Positions 17,887 through 27,958 of a DNA stretch of 64,000 nucleotides are shown in pieces. The position numbers were made by a program, and so were the translations under genes. Origin of the DNA: Eubacteriales bacterium. Lineage in GTDB: Bacteria; Bacillota; Clostridia; Oscillospirales; CAG-272. The notes under the pieces are model-generated. The model did no database searches. It was not told the DNA's origin and worked only from the letters and a program-made list of their open reading frames with translations. The stretch covers positions 8,870 to 72,869 of the forward strand of contig JAZRDI010000021.1 of assembly GCA_045660185.1 (NCBI GenBank). The letters are read 5' to 3'. Position 1 is the first letter of the stretch. Every line of letters begins with the position of its first letter.

Positions 17887-19272
17887 ATGAATAAGATGTG
17901 GGCGGGAAGAACCGCAGGCTCACTTGATAAAATAGCCGACGATTTTAACTCGTCGATACATATTGACTCCGTGATGTACAAGGAAGATATTTTAGGCTCT
18001 ATGGCGCATGCCTCGATGCTTGCCGAAGCGGGTATTCTTACCGCAGAGGAAGCCGAAAAAATTACATCGGCTTTGGCGAAAATATCTTCCGACATCGAGT
18101 CGGGGGTTCTTGAAATAGATCCCGATGCGGAGGACGTGCATATGTTCGTTGAAAAGGTCCTCACCGAAAGGGAAGGGGAGCTTGGCAAAAAGCTTCACAC
18201 AGCTCGAAGCCGAAACGATCAGGTTGCCGTTGACACAAGGCTCTATATGAGGTCGAAAACTTACACGGTGCGTAGGCTTCTTTTGAATCTTATAGAAGCT
18301 ATCGCTGAGGTTGCCGAGGCGCATAAAACTGACATTATGCCGGGATATACTCATCTTCAAAGAGCACAACCGATAGTTTTCGCGCATCACCTTTTAGCTT
18401 ACGCAGAAATGCTTAAGCGTGACGTATCAAGACTTGATGATGCAAGGGCAAGAATGAACTATTCACCCCTCGGAGCGTGTGCGCTTGCAGGCACTACTTA
18501 CCCGATTTCGAGATCGTTTACCGCCGAGGCGTTAGGCTTTTCGGGATACACCGAGAACTCGATTGACTCGGTTTCGGACAGAGATTTCGCGGTCGAGCTT
18601 CTCTCGGTATTCTCAATTATAATGATGCATCTTTCGCGCTTCTCTGAGGAGATTATCCTCTGGTCAAGCTGGGAGTTTTCATTCGTTGAGCTTGACGATG
18701 CTTATACAACAGGCTCGTCTATAATGCCGCAGAAGAAAAATTCGGATATGCCAGAGCTTGTCCGAGGAAAGTGCGCCAGGGTTTAGGGCGACCTTATGGG
18801 AACGCTTACGATGCTGAAGGGACTTCCGCTTGCGTACAACAAGGATATGCAAGAGGATAAGGAATCTCTCTTCGATGCGCTTGAAACCGTTATAAAATGT
18901 CTTGAAGTATTCTGCCCTATGGTGAAGACCATGAAGGTCAAGAGCGAAAATATGTACCGAGCTGCGCAGCGAGGATTTATCAACGCTACCGACCTTGCAG
19001 ATTACTTAACCAAGAAGGGCGTACCCTTCCGAAGTGCTTATAAGACGGTTGGCGAGATAGTCGCTCACTGTATCGAGGCAGGCTACGTTCTTGACAATAT
19101 GCCCCTTGAAGAATACAAAAAATACTCCGATGTTTTCTGTGAGGATTTATACTCGGAAATTTCTCTTGAAGCTTGTATAAAAAAGAGAATTTCCGCAGGT
19201 TCTACAGGATACGATTCGGTTGATATACAAATTAAAAACACAAAAAAATATTTAAAAACGAAAGGTAATTAA
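17887..19272 (+). pseudogene. argH: Argininosuccinate lyase interrupted by a single in-frame TAG (18784-18786)
   Basis: HTARSRNDQ and [10 protein letters not shown] motifs; both ORF halves share one frame (RV*GDLMGTL..LPLAYNKD); 461 codons in total. Confidence 0.85.
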
Positions 19273-19276
19273 GAAA

Positions 19277-20044
19277 ATGAAAAAGATTATTTCACTCATC
19301 CTCGCGCTCACGCTTCTCTGTGGAGCAATGTTCACACTTGCATCCTGTAACAAGGATGAAAAAACCGGCTATGATGGCACTCTCACCATGGCAACCTCTC
19401 CTGACTTCCCCCCCTTCGAGAACCTTGAAAACGGCGAAGTTGTTGGTATCGAGATCGATATCATCAAGGCAATTTGCAAGGAACTTAACTATGAACTCAA
19501 GATAGAGCAAATCGACTTTGATTCCGTAATTCCCGGTGTTCAGGAAGGCAAGTATGATTGCGGTGTTTCCGGTATCACCGTTAACGATGACAGAAAGAAG
19601 AACGTTCTCTTCTCTGAGGTATACTATGTAGCAGCTCAGGCTATCGTAGTTAAGGCAGGAAGCGGTATCAACTCTAAGGCAGATCTTGAAGGAAAGAAGA
19701 TTTCCGTTCAGGAAGGAACGACCGCTGAAGACTTCTGCTCCGGCGAAGGCTATGCAATCATGGGCTTCAAGGCCAACCCCGATGCTAAGAATGCGCTTCT
19801 TACCGATAAGGTTCAAGCTTGGGTTGTTGACGACCTTACCGCAAAGCAGATGGTTGCCGAGGGCGACGGACTTGTAATTCTCGAGGAGAAGATGACCGAA
19901 GAGCCCTATGCATTCGCATTCAACTTCGAGGACGAGGAGCTTGTTGAGAAGATCGACGAAGTTCTTGTAAAGCTCATCGAAAACGGTACTGTAAAGAGCA
20001 TTTTCGAAAAGTACGGTGAATCTTACGAGGCTCCTAAAAAGTAA
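19277..20044 (+). CDS. Polar amino-acid ABC transporter substrate-binding lipoprotein (probably arginine)
   Basis: Lipobox LASC; SPDFPPFE; located in the arg operon. Confidence 0.9.
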   Translation: MKKIISLILALTLLCGAMFTLASCNKDEKTGYDGTLTMATSPDFPPFENLENGEVVGIEIDIIKAICKELNYELKIEQIDFDSVIPGVQEGKYDCGVSGITVNDDRKKNVLFSEVYYVAAQAIVVKAGSGINSKADLEGKKISVQEGTTAEDFCSGEGYAIMGFKANPDAKNALLTDKVQAWVVDDLTAKQMVAEGDGLVILEEKMTEEPYAFAFNFEDEELVEKIDEVLVKLIENGTVKSIFEKYGESYEAPKK

Positions 20045-20053
20045 TTAAATATT

Positions 20054-20092
20054 AAGGCTTGGGGGTGTCCTAAAAAGGTGCACCCCAACCTT
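20054..20092 (+). terminator. Intra-operon hairpin after the binding-protein gene
   Basis: aaggcttgggggtg..caccccaacctt plus T-run. Confidence 0.6.
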
Positions 20093-20184
20093 TATTTTAA
20101 TAGGCCGTATATTAGCAGAGATAAAAAGGTGAGATATGCCTTTTTGCTCTTATATATTCATTCCAACCGACAACGGAGAATTTT

Positions 20185-21267
20185 ATGAAAAGAATTTTTG
20201 CATTTTTCTTGCTTGTTCTTGTAACCCTTTCTGTTATGCTTTCGCTCTCGTCATGTCAGAGCGTCGAGGATATCAAGGGCGTAAGACAGACTGAAAGTAT
20301 TCTAAAAACAAACTATTACGAAACTGTAATATTTACAGAAAAGAAAGAGCTTGAGACGATTGGCGCTGCGGATCATCTTAAATCCTTTCTCACGGCTGAA
20401 AACGAAAAGGGCGAAAAAATTATGATCTGCTACTGCAAAACTGCAGCTGCGGCAGACACGGTTCTCGTCGAGTTTGAGAAAATGGCTGATGAAAGTGATG
20501 ATGAGCTCATTTATGAGAAAAACGATAAAACGGTTTTTCTTGGTACAAAAAAAGCACTCAAATGTGCTACCAAAAAGATTTGGGTAAATCAACTTAAGCA
20601 GACGTTTATTGAAGAGAATAACTATAAGTACGTTATAGAAGGACTTGGAAATACTCTTCTTATTACTCTCGGTGCGCTTGTTATAGGAGTTATTCTCGGT
20701 GTTCTTATAGCGGTTGCTAAATATTATTCCGAGGACAATCCTAAACTAAAATTTGTAAATTTCTTATGCGATTTTTATACGACGGTTATAAGAGGTATTC
20801 CAATCACCGTGCTTTTGCTTATATTCTTCTTCGTTATAATGGTAAGCGCGGAAGGTATAATAGTTGCTATTATTGCGTTTGGTATTAACTCGGGTGCCTA
20901 TATGGCGGAACTTGTGCGAAGCGGTATTAACGCTGTTGATAAAGGACAAATGGAAGCTGCTCGTTCTTTAGGTATGTCAAAGTGGCAGGCTATGAGAACG
21001 ATTATATTCCCTCAGGCTATAAAGAACATTCTTCCTGCAATAGGAAACGAATGCATAGCACTTCTTAAGGAAACATCGGTTGCGGGATACGTTGCCGTAG
21101 TTGACCTTACAAGAGGTGTTAACCTCATAAGAAATAACACCTACGATGCGTTCAATCCACTTATGCTTTCTGCGCTCATATATCTGACGCTCGTTATAGG
21201 TATGACCCAGCTTCTCAAAGTATTTGAAAGGAGGCTCAAGAAGAGTGACAGACGTATTAACAAATAA
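20185..21267 (+). CDS. Amino-acid ABC permease with an extra N-terminal lipoprotein-like domain
   Basis: IRGIP and EAA motif ([10 protein letters not shown]); N-terminal signal with LSSC. Confidence 0.88.
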   Translation: MKRIFAFFLLVLVTLSVMLSLSSCQSVEDIKGVRQTESILKTNYYETVIFTEKKELETIGAADHLKSFLTAENEKGEKIMICYCKTAAAADTVLVEFEKMADESDDELIYEKNDKTVFLGTKKALKCATKKIWVNQLKQTFIEENNYKYVIEGLGNTLLITLGALVIGVILGVLIAVAKYYSEDNPKLKFVNFLCDFYTTVIRGIPITVLLLIFFFVIMVSAEGIIVAIIAFGINSGAYMAELVRSGINAVDKGQMEAARSLGMSKWQAMRTIIFPQAIKNILPAIGNECIALLKETSVAGYVAVVDLTRGVNLIRNNTYDAFNPLMLSALIYLTLVIGMTQLLKVFERRLKKSDRRINK

Positions 21268-21997
21268 TGAAGTTTTAATCAGCGTATCCGGGCTTGTAAA
21301 AAGCTTTGATGATGTCGCGGTTTTAAAAGGAATAGATATAGATATTCGTAAGGGTGACGTGCTTTGCGTTATAGGCGCATCGGGCTCCGGAAAGTCCACT
21401 TTTCTTCGTTGCCTTAATCTTCTTGAAAAGGCCAATTCGGGAAGCATCGTATTTGACGGTGAGGATTTAATGGCTAAAGATGTAAACCTTAATTTACATA
21501 GACAGAAAATGGGAATGGTTTTCCAGCAGTTTAACCTCTTTCCTCATCTCACGATTTTGAAAAATCTTACTATAGCTCCGATGATGCTTAAGGGCGTTTC
21601 TAAAGAGGAAGCCGATGCGAAAGCAATGAAGCTTCTCGAAAGAGTCGGACTTGCCGACAGAGCAGATGATTATCCCAATATGCTTTCGGGTGGACAGAAG
21701 CAGAGAGTTGCTATCGTAAGAGCGCTTGCTATGAATCCCGACGTTATGCTCTTTGACGAACCCACGTCGGCGCTCGATCCCGAAATGGTAGGAGAAGTTC
21801 TTGACGTTATGAAGGAGCTTGCCGCAGAGGGTATGACTATGATCGTGGTTACTCACGAGATGGGATTTGCAAGAGAAGTGGCTAACCGTGTTATATTCCT
21901 TGATGAAGGCGTTATAGCAGAGGAAGCTTCTCCAAAGGAGTTGTTTGACAACCCCAAGTGCGAAAGACTTAAGACCTTCTTGTCAAAGGTTTTGTAA
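21245..21997 (+). CDS. Amino-acid ABC transporter ATP-binding protein (GlnQ-like)
   Basis: [16 protein letters not shown] and FDEPTSALD; start codon uncertain (GTG 21245). Confidence 0.92.
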   Translation: MTDVLTNNEVLISVSGLVKSFDDVAVLKGIDIDIRKGDVLCVIGASGSGKSTFLRCLNLLEKANSGSIVFDGEDLMAKDVNLNLHRQKMGMVFQQFNLFPHLTILKNLTIAPMMLKGVSKEEADAKAMKLLERVGLADRADDYPNMLSGGQKQRVAIVRALAMNPDVMLFDEPTSALDPEMVGEVLDVMKELAAEGMTMIVVTHEMGFAREVANRVIFLDEGVIAEEASPKELFDNPKCERLKTFLSKVL

Positions 21998-22027
21998 GTT
22001 AAGAATTGAAAATCGAAGGTTGATGAT

Positions 22028-23014
22028 ATGATAAACTTAAAAGGAAGAGATTTTTTGAAGCTTTTAGACTACACGCCTGAGGAGATAGAGTATCTTCTTG
22101 AACTTGCGGCGGAGCTTAAAGCAAAGAAAAAAAGCGGTGTTCCTCACAAGATGTGCGAGGGCAAAAACATAGCTCTTATTTTTGAAAAGACAAGCACTCG
22201 TACACGTTGCGCCTTCGAGGTTGCAGCGTACGATCTCGGTATGGGTGTTACCTATCTTGATCCTACCGGTTCGCAGATAGGAAAAAAGGAAACTATTGCG
22301 GATACGGCTCGCGTTCTTGCGGGAATGTATGACGGAATAGAATACCGCGGCTTCGGTCAGGAAATAGTTGAGGATCTTGCAAAATATTCAAAGGTTCCTG
22401 TTTGGAACGGACTCACAAACGAGTTCCACCCCACGCAGATTCTTGCAGATTTCCTTACTATCAAGGAGCATTTTGGAAAGCTTAAGGGAATAAACTTTGT
22501 TTATATGGGCGACGCGCGTTACAATATGGGTAACTCGCTTATGGTTGGATGTGCAAAGATGGGCGTGAACTTCACTGCTTGTGCTCCCGAGAAGTATTTC
22601 CCCGACAAAGCTCTCGTTGAAGAGTGCAAGAAGCTTGCCGAGGCAAGCGGAGCAACGCTTAAATTCGAAACCGATCCTATGAAGGCTACCGAAAACGCTG
22701 ACGTTATCTATACTGACGTTTGGGTTTCCATGGGTGAGCCCGCAGAGGCTTGGAAGGAGAGAATTGACGAGCTTTCTCCATACGCGGTAACCAAGGAAAT
22801 TATGGCAAACGCTGACACGGGTGCCGTGTTTATGCACTGTCTCCCCGCATTCCACGACCTCGGAACGACAATAGGAAAAGAGGTTGGAGAGAAGTTCGGT
22901 CTTGAATATCTTGAGGTTTCCGATGAGGTGTTCGAATCGGAGCAGTCGATTGTTTTCGAGGAGGCCGAAAACAGAATGCATACGATAAAAGCTGTAATGG
23001 CGGCTACCTTGTAA
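22028..23014 (+). CDS. argF: Ornithine carbamoyltransferase
   Basis: STRTR, HPTQ, SMG and HCLP motifs. Confidence 0.96.
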   Translation: MINLKGRDFLKLLDYTPEEIEYLLELAAELKAKKKSGVPHKMCEGKNIALIFEKTSTRTRCAFEVAAYDLGMGVTYLDPTGSQIGKKETIADTARVLAGMYDGIEYRGFGQEIVEDLAKYSKVPVWNGLTNEFHPTQILADFLTIKEHFGKLKGINFVYMGDARYNMGNSLMVGCAKMGVNFTACAPEKYFPDKALVEECKKLAEASGATLKFETDPMKATENADVIYTDVWVSMGEPAEAWKERIDELSPYAVTKEIMANADTGAVFMHCLPAFHDLGTTIGKEVGEKFGLEYLEVSDEVFESEQSIVFEEAENRMHTIKAVMAATL

Positions 23015-23191
23015 AATGGGCAGAGTGAATTTAAGCTTTTGATTAATATCGATAAAAGGTGCTGTTTTATCACAGTGCCTTTTTTCTTTAAAAAACAAAG
23101 AAATTGATTCGTTATGAGTTTTGAGTTTTTGTGCCAAAAATTATAAAAGCGCAAAATAATTAAATAAAAAATGTAAAAGAATTAAAATCTC

Positions 23192-23220
23192 TTGACTCGA
23201 TTATAAATTTGTGTCATAAT
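23192..23220 (+). promoter_or_regulatory. Sigma-A promoter of the oxidoreductase operon
   Basis: TTGACT-17-CATAAT. Confidence 0.6.
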
Positions 23221-23287
23221 ATATAGGTATATTTTGCGTGCGTGTTTGCACGCATATAATTACGAAAGTAGCAAATAGGAGATTGTA

Positions 23288-24718
23288 ATGAAGGATGTAG
23301 TAATCATAGGCGCAGGTGTTATAGGCGGCGCCGTTGCAAGAGAGCTTTCAAAATATCAGCTTGACGTATGCATTGTTGAGAAATGTTCTGACGTTGCCAT
23401 GGGAGCAACACGCGCAAATAGCGCGATAGTTCATGCCGGATTTGATGCAAAAGAAGGAACTCTCAAGGCAAAAATGAACGTTCGCGGTTCGAAAATGATG
23501 GAGGCTTATGCTACGGAGCTTGGCGTTAAATATAAGAAAAACGGCTCGCTTGTAGTAGGTTTTTCCGATGAGGACAGAGCGACACTCGAGGAACTTCTCG
23601 TTCGAGGAAATAAAAACGGCGTTGAAGGACTTGAAATTCTTGACAGAGATGAAATCCTTAAAATAGAACCTTCCATAGGAGATAACGTAACGGTTGCGCT
23701 TCACGCTCCTACAGGCGCAATTATTTGCCCTTACGAGCTTTGTATGGCGGAGATTGGAAACGCCATGGATAACGGCGCAGAGCTTAAGCTTGACTTTGAG
23801 GTTAAGAGCATAAAGCGCGTGGCGGGCGGTTATGAAATTTCGTCGGATAATGAAACTGTTACGGCAAAATACGTTATAAACTGCGCGGGCGTGTATTCCG
23901 ATGATATGGCGAAGCTTGCGGGTGACGACAGCTTCAATGTAATCCCCAGACGCGGAGAATATATGCTTCTTGATAAGGAGTGCGGTTCTCTCGTTTCGCA
24001 TACTATATTCCGTTGCCCATCCAAAATGGGTAAGGGAATTCTCGTTTCTCCTACCGTTGACGGAAACCTTCTTCTCGGACCTACGGCGGAAAATATTGAG
24101 GACAAGGAAGATAAATCCACCACAATTGACGGACTTAACGCAATTAAGGCGCGCGCGTCCGAGCAGGTTCGCGGTATAAATCTTGGAAAGACTATAACCT
24201 CCTTCACCGGACTTCGAAGCGTTGGCTCTACCGGAGATTTTGTTATAAACGAGCGTGACGGATTTGTGAACTGCGCGGGAATAGAAAGCCCCGGACTTTC
24301 ATCTGCTCCCGCAATTGCAGAGTACGTAAGAGAGCTTCTTGAGGCTTCGGGCGCGGCTCTTGTAAAAAAGGACAAGTTTGTTGCTACGCGCCGTCCTATG
24401 CACTATTTCAAGGAATGCTCCGACGAAGAGAAAAACGCAATAATCGCCGAAAGACCTGAATATGCTCACATTATTTGCAGATGCGAGATGACGAGCGAGG
24501 GCGAAATCATTGATGCCATTCACACTAACCCGGGAGCGCGCGACGTTGACGGAGTTAAGAGAAGAACGAGATCGGGAATGGGACGTTGTCAAGGTGGATT
24601 CTGCTCGCCGTACGTTGTTGAAATTCTTGCCCGTGAGCTTGGTGTGGATTATACACAAATAACCAAGTTTGGCGCTAACTCCTATATAAACGTAGGAAAG
24701 ACAAAGGAGGTTAAGTGA
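23288..24718 (+). CDS. FAD-dependent oxidoreductase with C-terminal BFD-like [2Fe-2S] domain (GlpA-like)
   Basis: IIGAGVIG, NSAIVHAG and CRCE..GRCQGGFC. Confidence 0.9.
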   Translation: MKDVVIIGAGVIGGAVARELSKYQLDVCIVEKCSDVAMGATRANSAIVHAGFDAKEGTLKAKMNVRGSKMMEAYATELGVKYKKNGSLVVGFSDEDRATLEELLVRGNKNGVEGLEILDRDEILKIEPSIGDNVTVALHAPTGAIICPYELCMAEIGNAMDNGAELKLDFEVKSIKRVAGGYEISSDNETVTAKYVINCAGVYSDDMAKLAGDDSFNVIPRRGEYMLLDKECGSLVSHTIFRCPSKMGKGILVSPTVDGNLLLGPTAENIEDKEDKSTTIDGLNAIKARASEQVRGINLGKTITSFTGLRSVGSTGDFVINERDGFVNCAGIESPGLSSAPAIAEYVRELLEASGAALVKKDKFVATRRPMHYFKECSDEEKNAIIAERPEYAHIICRCEMTSEGEIIDAIHTNPGARDVDGVKRRTRSGMGRCQGGFCSPYVVEILARELGVDYTQITKFGANSYINVGKTKEVK

Positions 24719-25986
24719 TGAATACTAAGGCTTTAAAGGAAATAAATTGCGACCTCGTTATCGTTGGCGGTGGACCTGCAGGTATGGCAGCTGCCGTTGC
24801 GGCTTACGAGGAAGGACTTCGAGATATACTCATTCTTGAGCGTGACGATAAGCTTGGCGGTATTCTCCGTCAGTGCATACACAATGGATTCGGACTTCAC
24901 CGCTTCGGCGAGGAGCTTACCGGTCCCGAATATGCCGCAAGATACGAAAAGCTCGTTATGGAATACGGCATTCCCTTTATGACAGATACAATGGTAACCG
25001 CTATTTCTGCCGACAGAGTTGTCACAGCGCAAAATACAAAAGAGGGTATTTTTAAAATCAAAGCGGGCGCGGTAATACTTGCTATGGGTTGCCGCGAGCG
25101 TCCTAAAGGCGCGCTTAATATCGCAGGACACAGACCTGCGGGAATTTACACTGCGGGAACTGCGCAGAAATTCGTAAATATGAAGGGCTATATGCCGGGT
25201 CGCGAGGTTGTTATTCTTGGTTCGGGCGATATTGGTCTTATAATGGCAAGAAGAATGACGCTCGAGGGCGCGAAGGTTAAGGCGGTTTGTGAGCTTATGC
25301 CTTACTCCGGCGGTCTTGCAAGAAACATTGAGCAGTGTCTTAATGATTTCGGCATTCCGCTTATGTTAAGCCATACGGTAGTTGAGATTCACGGAAGAGA
25401 AAGACTTGAGGGCGTTACGATAGGAAAGGTTGACGATAAAAGACAGCCGATTCCCGAAACGTTTGAATATATTCCTTGTGATACGCTTTTACTTTCTTGC
25501 GGACTTATTCCCGAAAACGAGCTTACCAAGGATGCAGGTATTACGCTTGACAGAATTACAAGCGGCGCAGTTGTTGACGGCGACAGAGAGACCGAAATCG
25601 ACGGAGTTTTTGCTTGCGGTAACGTGCTTCACGTTCACGATCTCGTTGACTACGTTTCCGAGGAATCCGCTATAGCCGGAAAGGCTGCGGTAAGATTCAT
25701 AAGAGGCGAAAGAGTCAAGAGTGTTTCCGTTTCGGTGGAAGCGAAGGGCGGCGTAAGATATACCGTTCCGCAGAGAATCACCGAAATCAAAAACACAAGA
25801 GTATATTTCAGAGTTGCCGATGTTTACCGTGATAAAAAAATCGTGGTAAGAGTAGGAGATAACGTTCTTTATGAAAAGAAAAAGCAGAAGCTTGCTCCCG
25901 GTGAGATGGAAACCGTAGAGATTACCGAAAAGATGATAAGCGACGCAAATACAATTGGTGACGCGCTTACTGTTGAGCTTGTGTAA
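24718..25986 (+). CDS. NAD(P)/FAD-dependent oxidoreductase (partner of the GlpA-like protein)
   Basis: GGGPAG, GGILRQCIH and GSGDIG; overlaps the upstream stop. Confidence 0.88.
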   Translation: MNTKALKEINCDLVIVGGGPAGMAAAVAAYEEGLRDILILERDDKLGGILRQCIHNGFGLHRFGEELTGPEYAARYEKLVMEYGIPFMTDTMVTAISADRVVTAQNTKEGIFKIKAGAVILAMGCRERPKGALNIAGHRPAGIYTAGTAQKFVNMKGYMPGREVVILGSGDIGLIMARRMTLEGAKVKAVCELMPYSGGLARNIEQCLNDFGIPLMLSHTVVEIHGRERLEGVTIGKVDDKRQPIPETFEYIPCDTLLLSCGLIPENELTKDAGITLDRITSGAVVDGDRETEIDGVFACGNVLHVHDLVDYVSEESAIAGKAAVRFIRGERVKSVSVSVEAKGGVRYTVPQRITEIKNTRVYFRVADVYRDKKIVVRVGDNVLYEKKKQKLAPGEMETVEITEKMISDANTIGDALTVELV

Positions 25987-26000
25987 TGGAGGAGTAAAAA

Positions 26001-26354
26001 ATGAAAAGAGAACTTATTTGTATCGTATGCCCCAGAGGTTGCTCTCTTTCTTGCGAGCTTACGGAGGGAGGAGAATTTATCTCGGTTTCGGGAAATCTCT
26101 GTCCGAGAGGGAAGACTTACGCGGTTAACGAATGCACGAATCCGCAGAGAGTTGTAACCAGCACGGTAAGATGCGCTGACGGAGAGGTTGTCAGCTGCAA
26201 GACAGCGGGTACAGTTCCAAAGGGACTTATGTTCGACGTTATGAAGGCAATAAATACAATTATCGCGCCAAGCGACGTTAAGATAGGTGACGTGCTTATT
26301 AAAAACGTACTCAACACTGGTGTGGATATAGTCGCTACTTCAGATAAACAATAA
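26001..26354 (+). CDS. DUF1667 family Cys-motif protein
   Basis: CIVCPRGC..CPRG; third gene of the conserved trio. Confidence 0.88.
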   Translation: MKRELICIVCPRGCSLSCELTEGGEFISVSGNLCPRGKTYAVNECTNPQRVVTSTVRCADGEVVSCKTAGTVPKGLMFDVMKAINTIIAPSDVKIGDVLIKNVLNTGVDIVATSDKQ

Positions 26355-26439
26355 ATGTGTGTTCGTAAAGAGAGTATTGATAAATCTATTGCGAATAAGC
26401 GGAAAAAGAAATTAAAACTCAATGTAAAAGGAGATTTTT

Positions 26440-27312
26440 ATGGTTAACGTATATTTTACAAGAGAAATTACAGCAGAGTCTTGCAAAAAACTTTATGATC
26501 TCGTAGTTGAAGAGCGTGGCGGAGTTCTCAAGACTCCCGTTGCAGTTAAGGTTCATTCCGGAGAGGTTGGAAATCAGAACTTTATAAAACCTGAGTTTTT
26601 CGCGCCCACCATTAAGGCTTCGGGCGGAATAGTTACAGAATGTAACACCGCTTATGACGGTGGAAGAAACACCACCGAGCGTCACGTGAAAACGCTTAAA
26701 AAACATGGTTGGAGTGAGTATTTTGATGTGGATCTTCTCGATGCCGAGGGACCGGATATGGTGCTTGACATTCCCGAAGGACAAGTTATCAAAAAGAATT
26801 ACGTTGGCAAAAATCTTGAAAATTATAAATCCACTCTTGTTCTTTCTCATTTTAAGGGACACCCTATGGGTGGATACGGCGGAGCCTTGAAGCAGCTTTC
26901 TATAGGCTTTGCTTCTTCCTTTGGAAAGAAGTATATTCACGGTTCGGGTGATCCCGTGTTAAGCTTTAACGGAGATCACGATAGTTTCCTTGCCTCTATG
27001 GCTGATGCCGCAAAGAGCGTTGCGGATTACTTTGGAGGCGAGGCTATTTACATCAACGTTATGAAGAATATGTCGGTTGACTGCGACTGCTGCGCGGTTG
27101 CAGAAGATCCTTGTATTGCAGACATAGGAATTCTCGCATCTGTTGACCCTGTTGCTATAGATAAGGCTTGTCTTGATCTCGTTTATGAGTGTGACGATAA
27201 GGGAAAGGGACATCTTATTGAAAGAATAGAATCCAGAAACGGCAAATATACTGTGGAGTGCGCAGTCAAGCTCGGAATAGGTACAACGGAATATAATCTT
27301 ATCGAAATATGA
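26440..27312 (+). CDS. DUF362 domain Fe-S protein
   Basis: VKVHSGE, SHFKGH..GGALK and DCDC. Confidence 0.85.
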   Translation: MVNVYFTREITAESCKKLYDLVVEERGGVLKTPVAVKVHSGEVGNQNFIKPEFFAPTIKASGGIVTECNTAYDGGRNTTERHVKTLKKHGWSEYFDVDLLDAEGPDMVLDIPEGQVIKKNYVGKNLENYKSTLVLSHFKGHPMGGYGGALKQLSIGFASSFGKKYIHGSGDPVLSFNGDHDSFLASMADAAKSVADYFGGEAIYINVMKNMSVDCDCCAVAEDPCIADIGILASVDPVAIDKACLDLVYECDDKGKGHLIERIESRNGKYTVECAVKLGIGTTEYNLIEI

Positions 27313-27857
27313 AAACAAAAGTTTACAAAAGAAAAGAATTAACGATTAAAATATGCCTTGCGGCAATGTGCTTGGCTTTGGCATTTGTTCTACCTTTCGT
27401 AACGGGAGCGATACCTGAAATAGGCGGTATGCTTTGCCCGATGCATTTGCCCGCATTTCTTTTGGGAATAGTAATAGGTCCGTATTTTGGGGCAGGTCTT
27501 GCTTTTCTTTCTCCTATATTGAGGTCGCTTCTATTCGGCTCGCCCCTTCTTTTCCCGAGAGCGTTTACTATGGCATTTGAGCTTATGGCTTACGCATTTG
27601 TCTTTGGACTTCTCTATAAGCTTCTTCCAAAGAAACTTCCGCATTTCTATGTTTCTCTTGTTTCGGCAATGATTGTGGGAAGAGTAGTTGGCGGAATTGT
27701 AAAGACTGTTCTTTTTGAGTTGGGGGCTATGGGAAAATGGAGCTACGCGCTCTTTATAAGCGGCTATATTACCGAAACAATTCCCGGCTTAGTAATACAG
27801 CTTTTGATTATACCGCCGCTTGTTATGGCGCTTCGAAAGGCTAAAATAACAAACTAA
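27309..27857 (+). CDS. ECF transporter S component
   Basis: Hydrophobic; LCPMHLP and MAFEL motifs. Confidence 0.82.
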   Translation: MKTKVYKRKELTIKICLAAMCLALAFVLPFVTGAIPEIGGMLCPMHLPAFLLGIVIGPYFGAGLAFLSPILRSLLFGSPLLFPRAFTMAFELMAYAFVFGLLYKLLPKKLPHFYVSLVSAMIVGRVVGGIVKTVLFELGAMGKWSYALFISGYITETIPGLVIQLLIIPPLVMALRKAKITN

Positions 27858-27958
27858 TTTTGCCGAATTTATGGCAAATTCAAGACGTTTAATTTTCTCG
27901 AATTTACGGAAATCTCCGTAAAGAAATTTATAACGAAAAAATAAAGAAAGGAGCGAAT

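Noticed and set aside
18796-19272. Independent 158-aa gene
   Set aside because: It is the in-frame C-terminal part of ArgH and lacks a convincing RBS.
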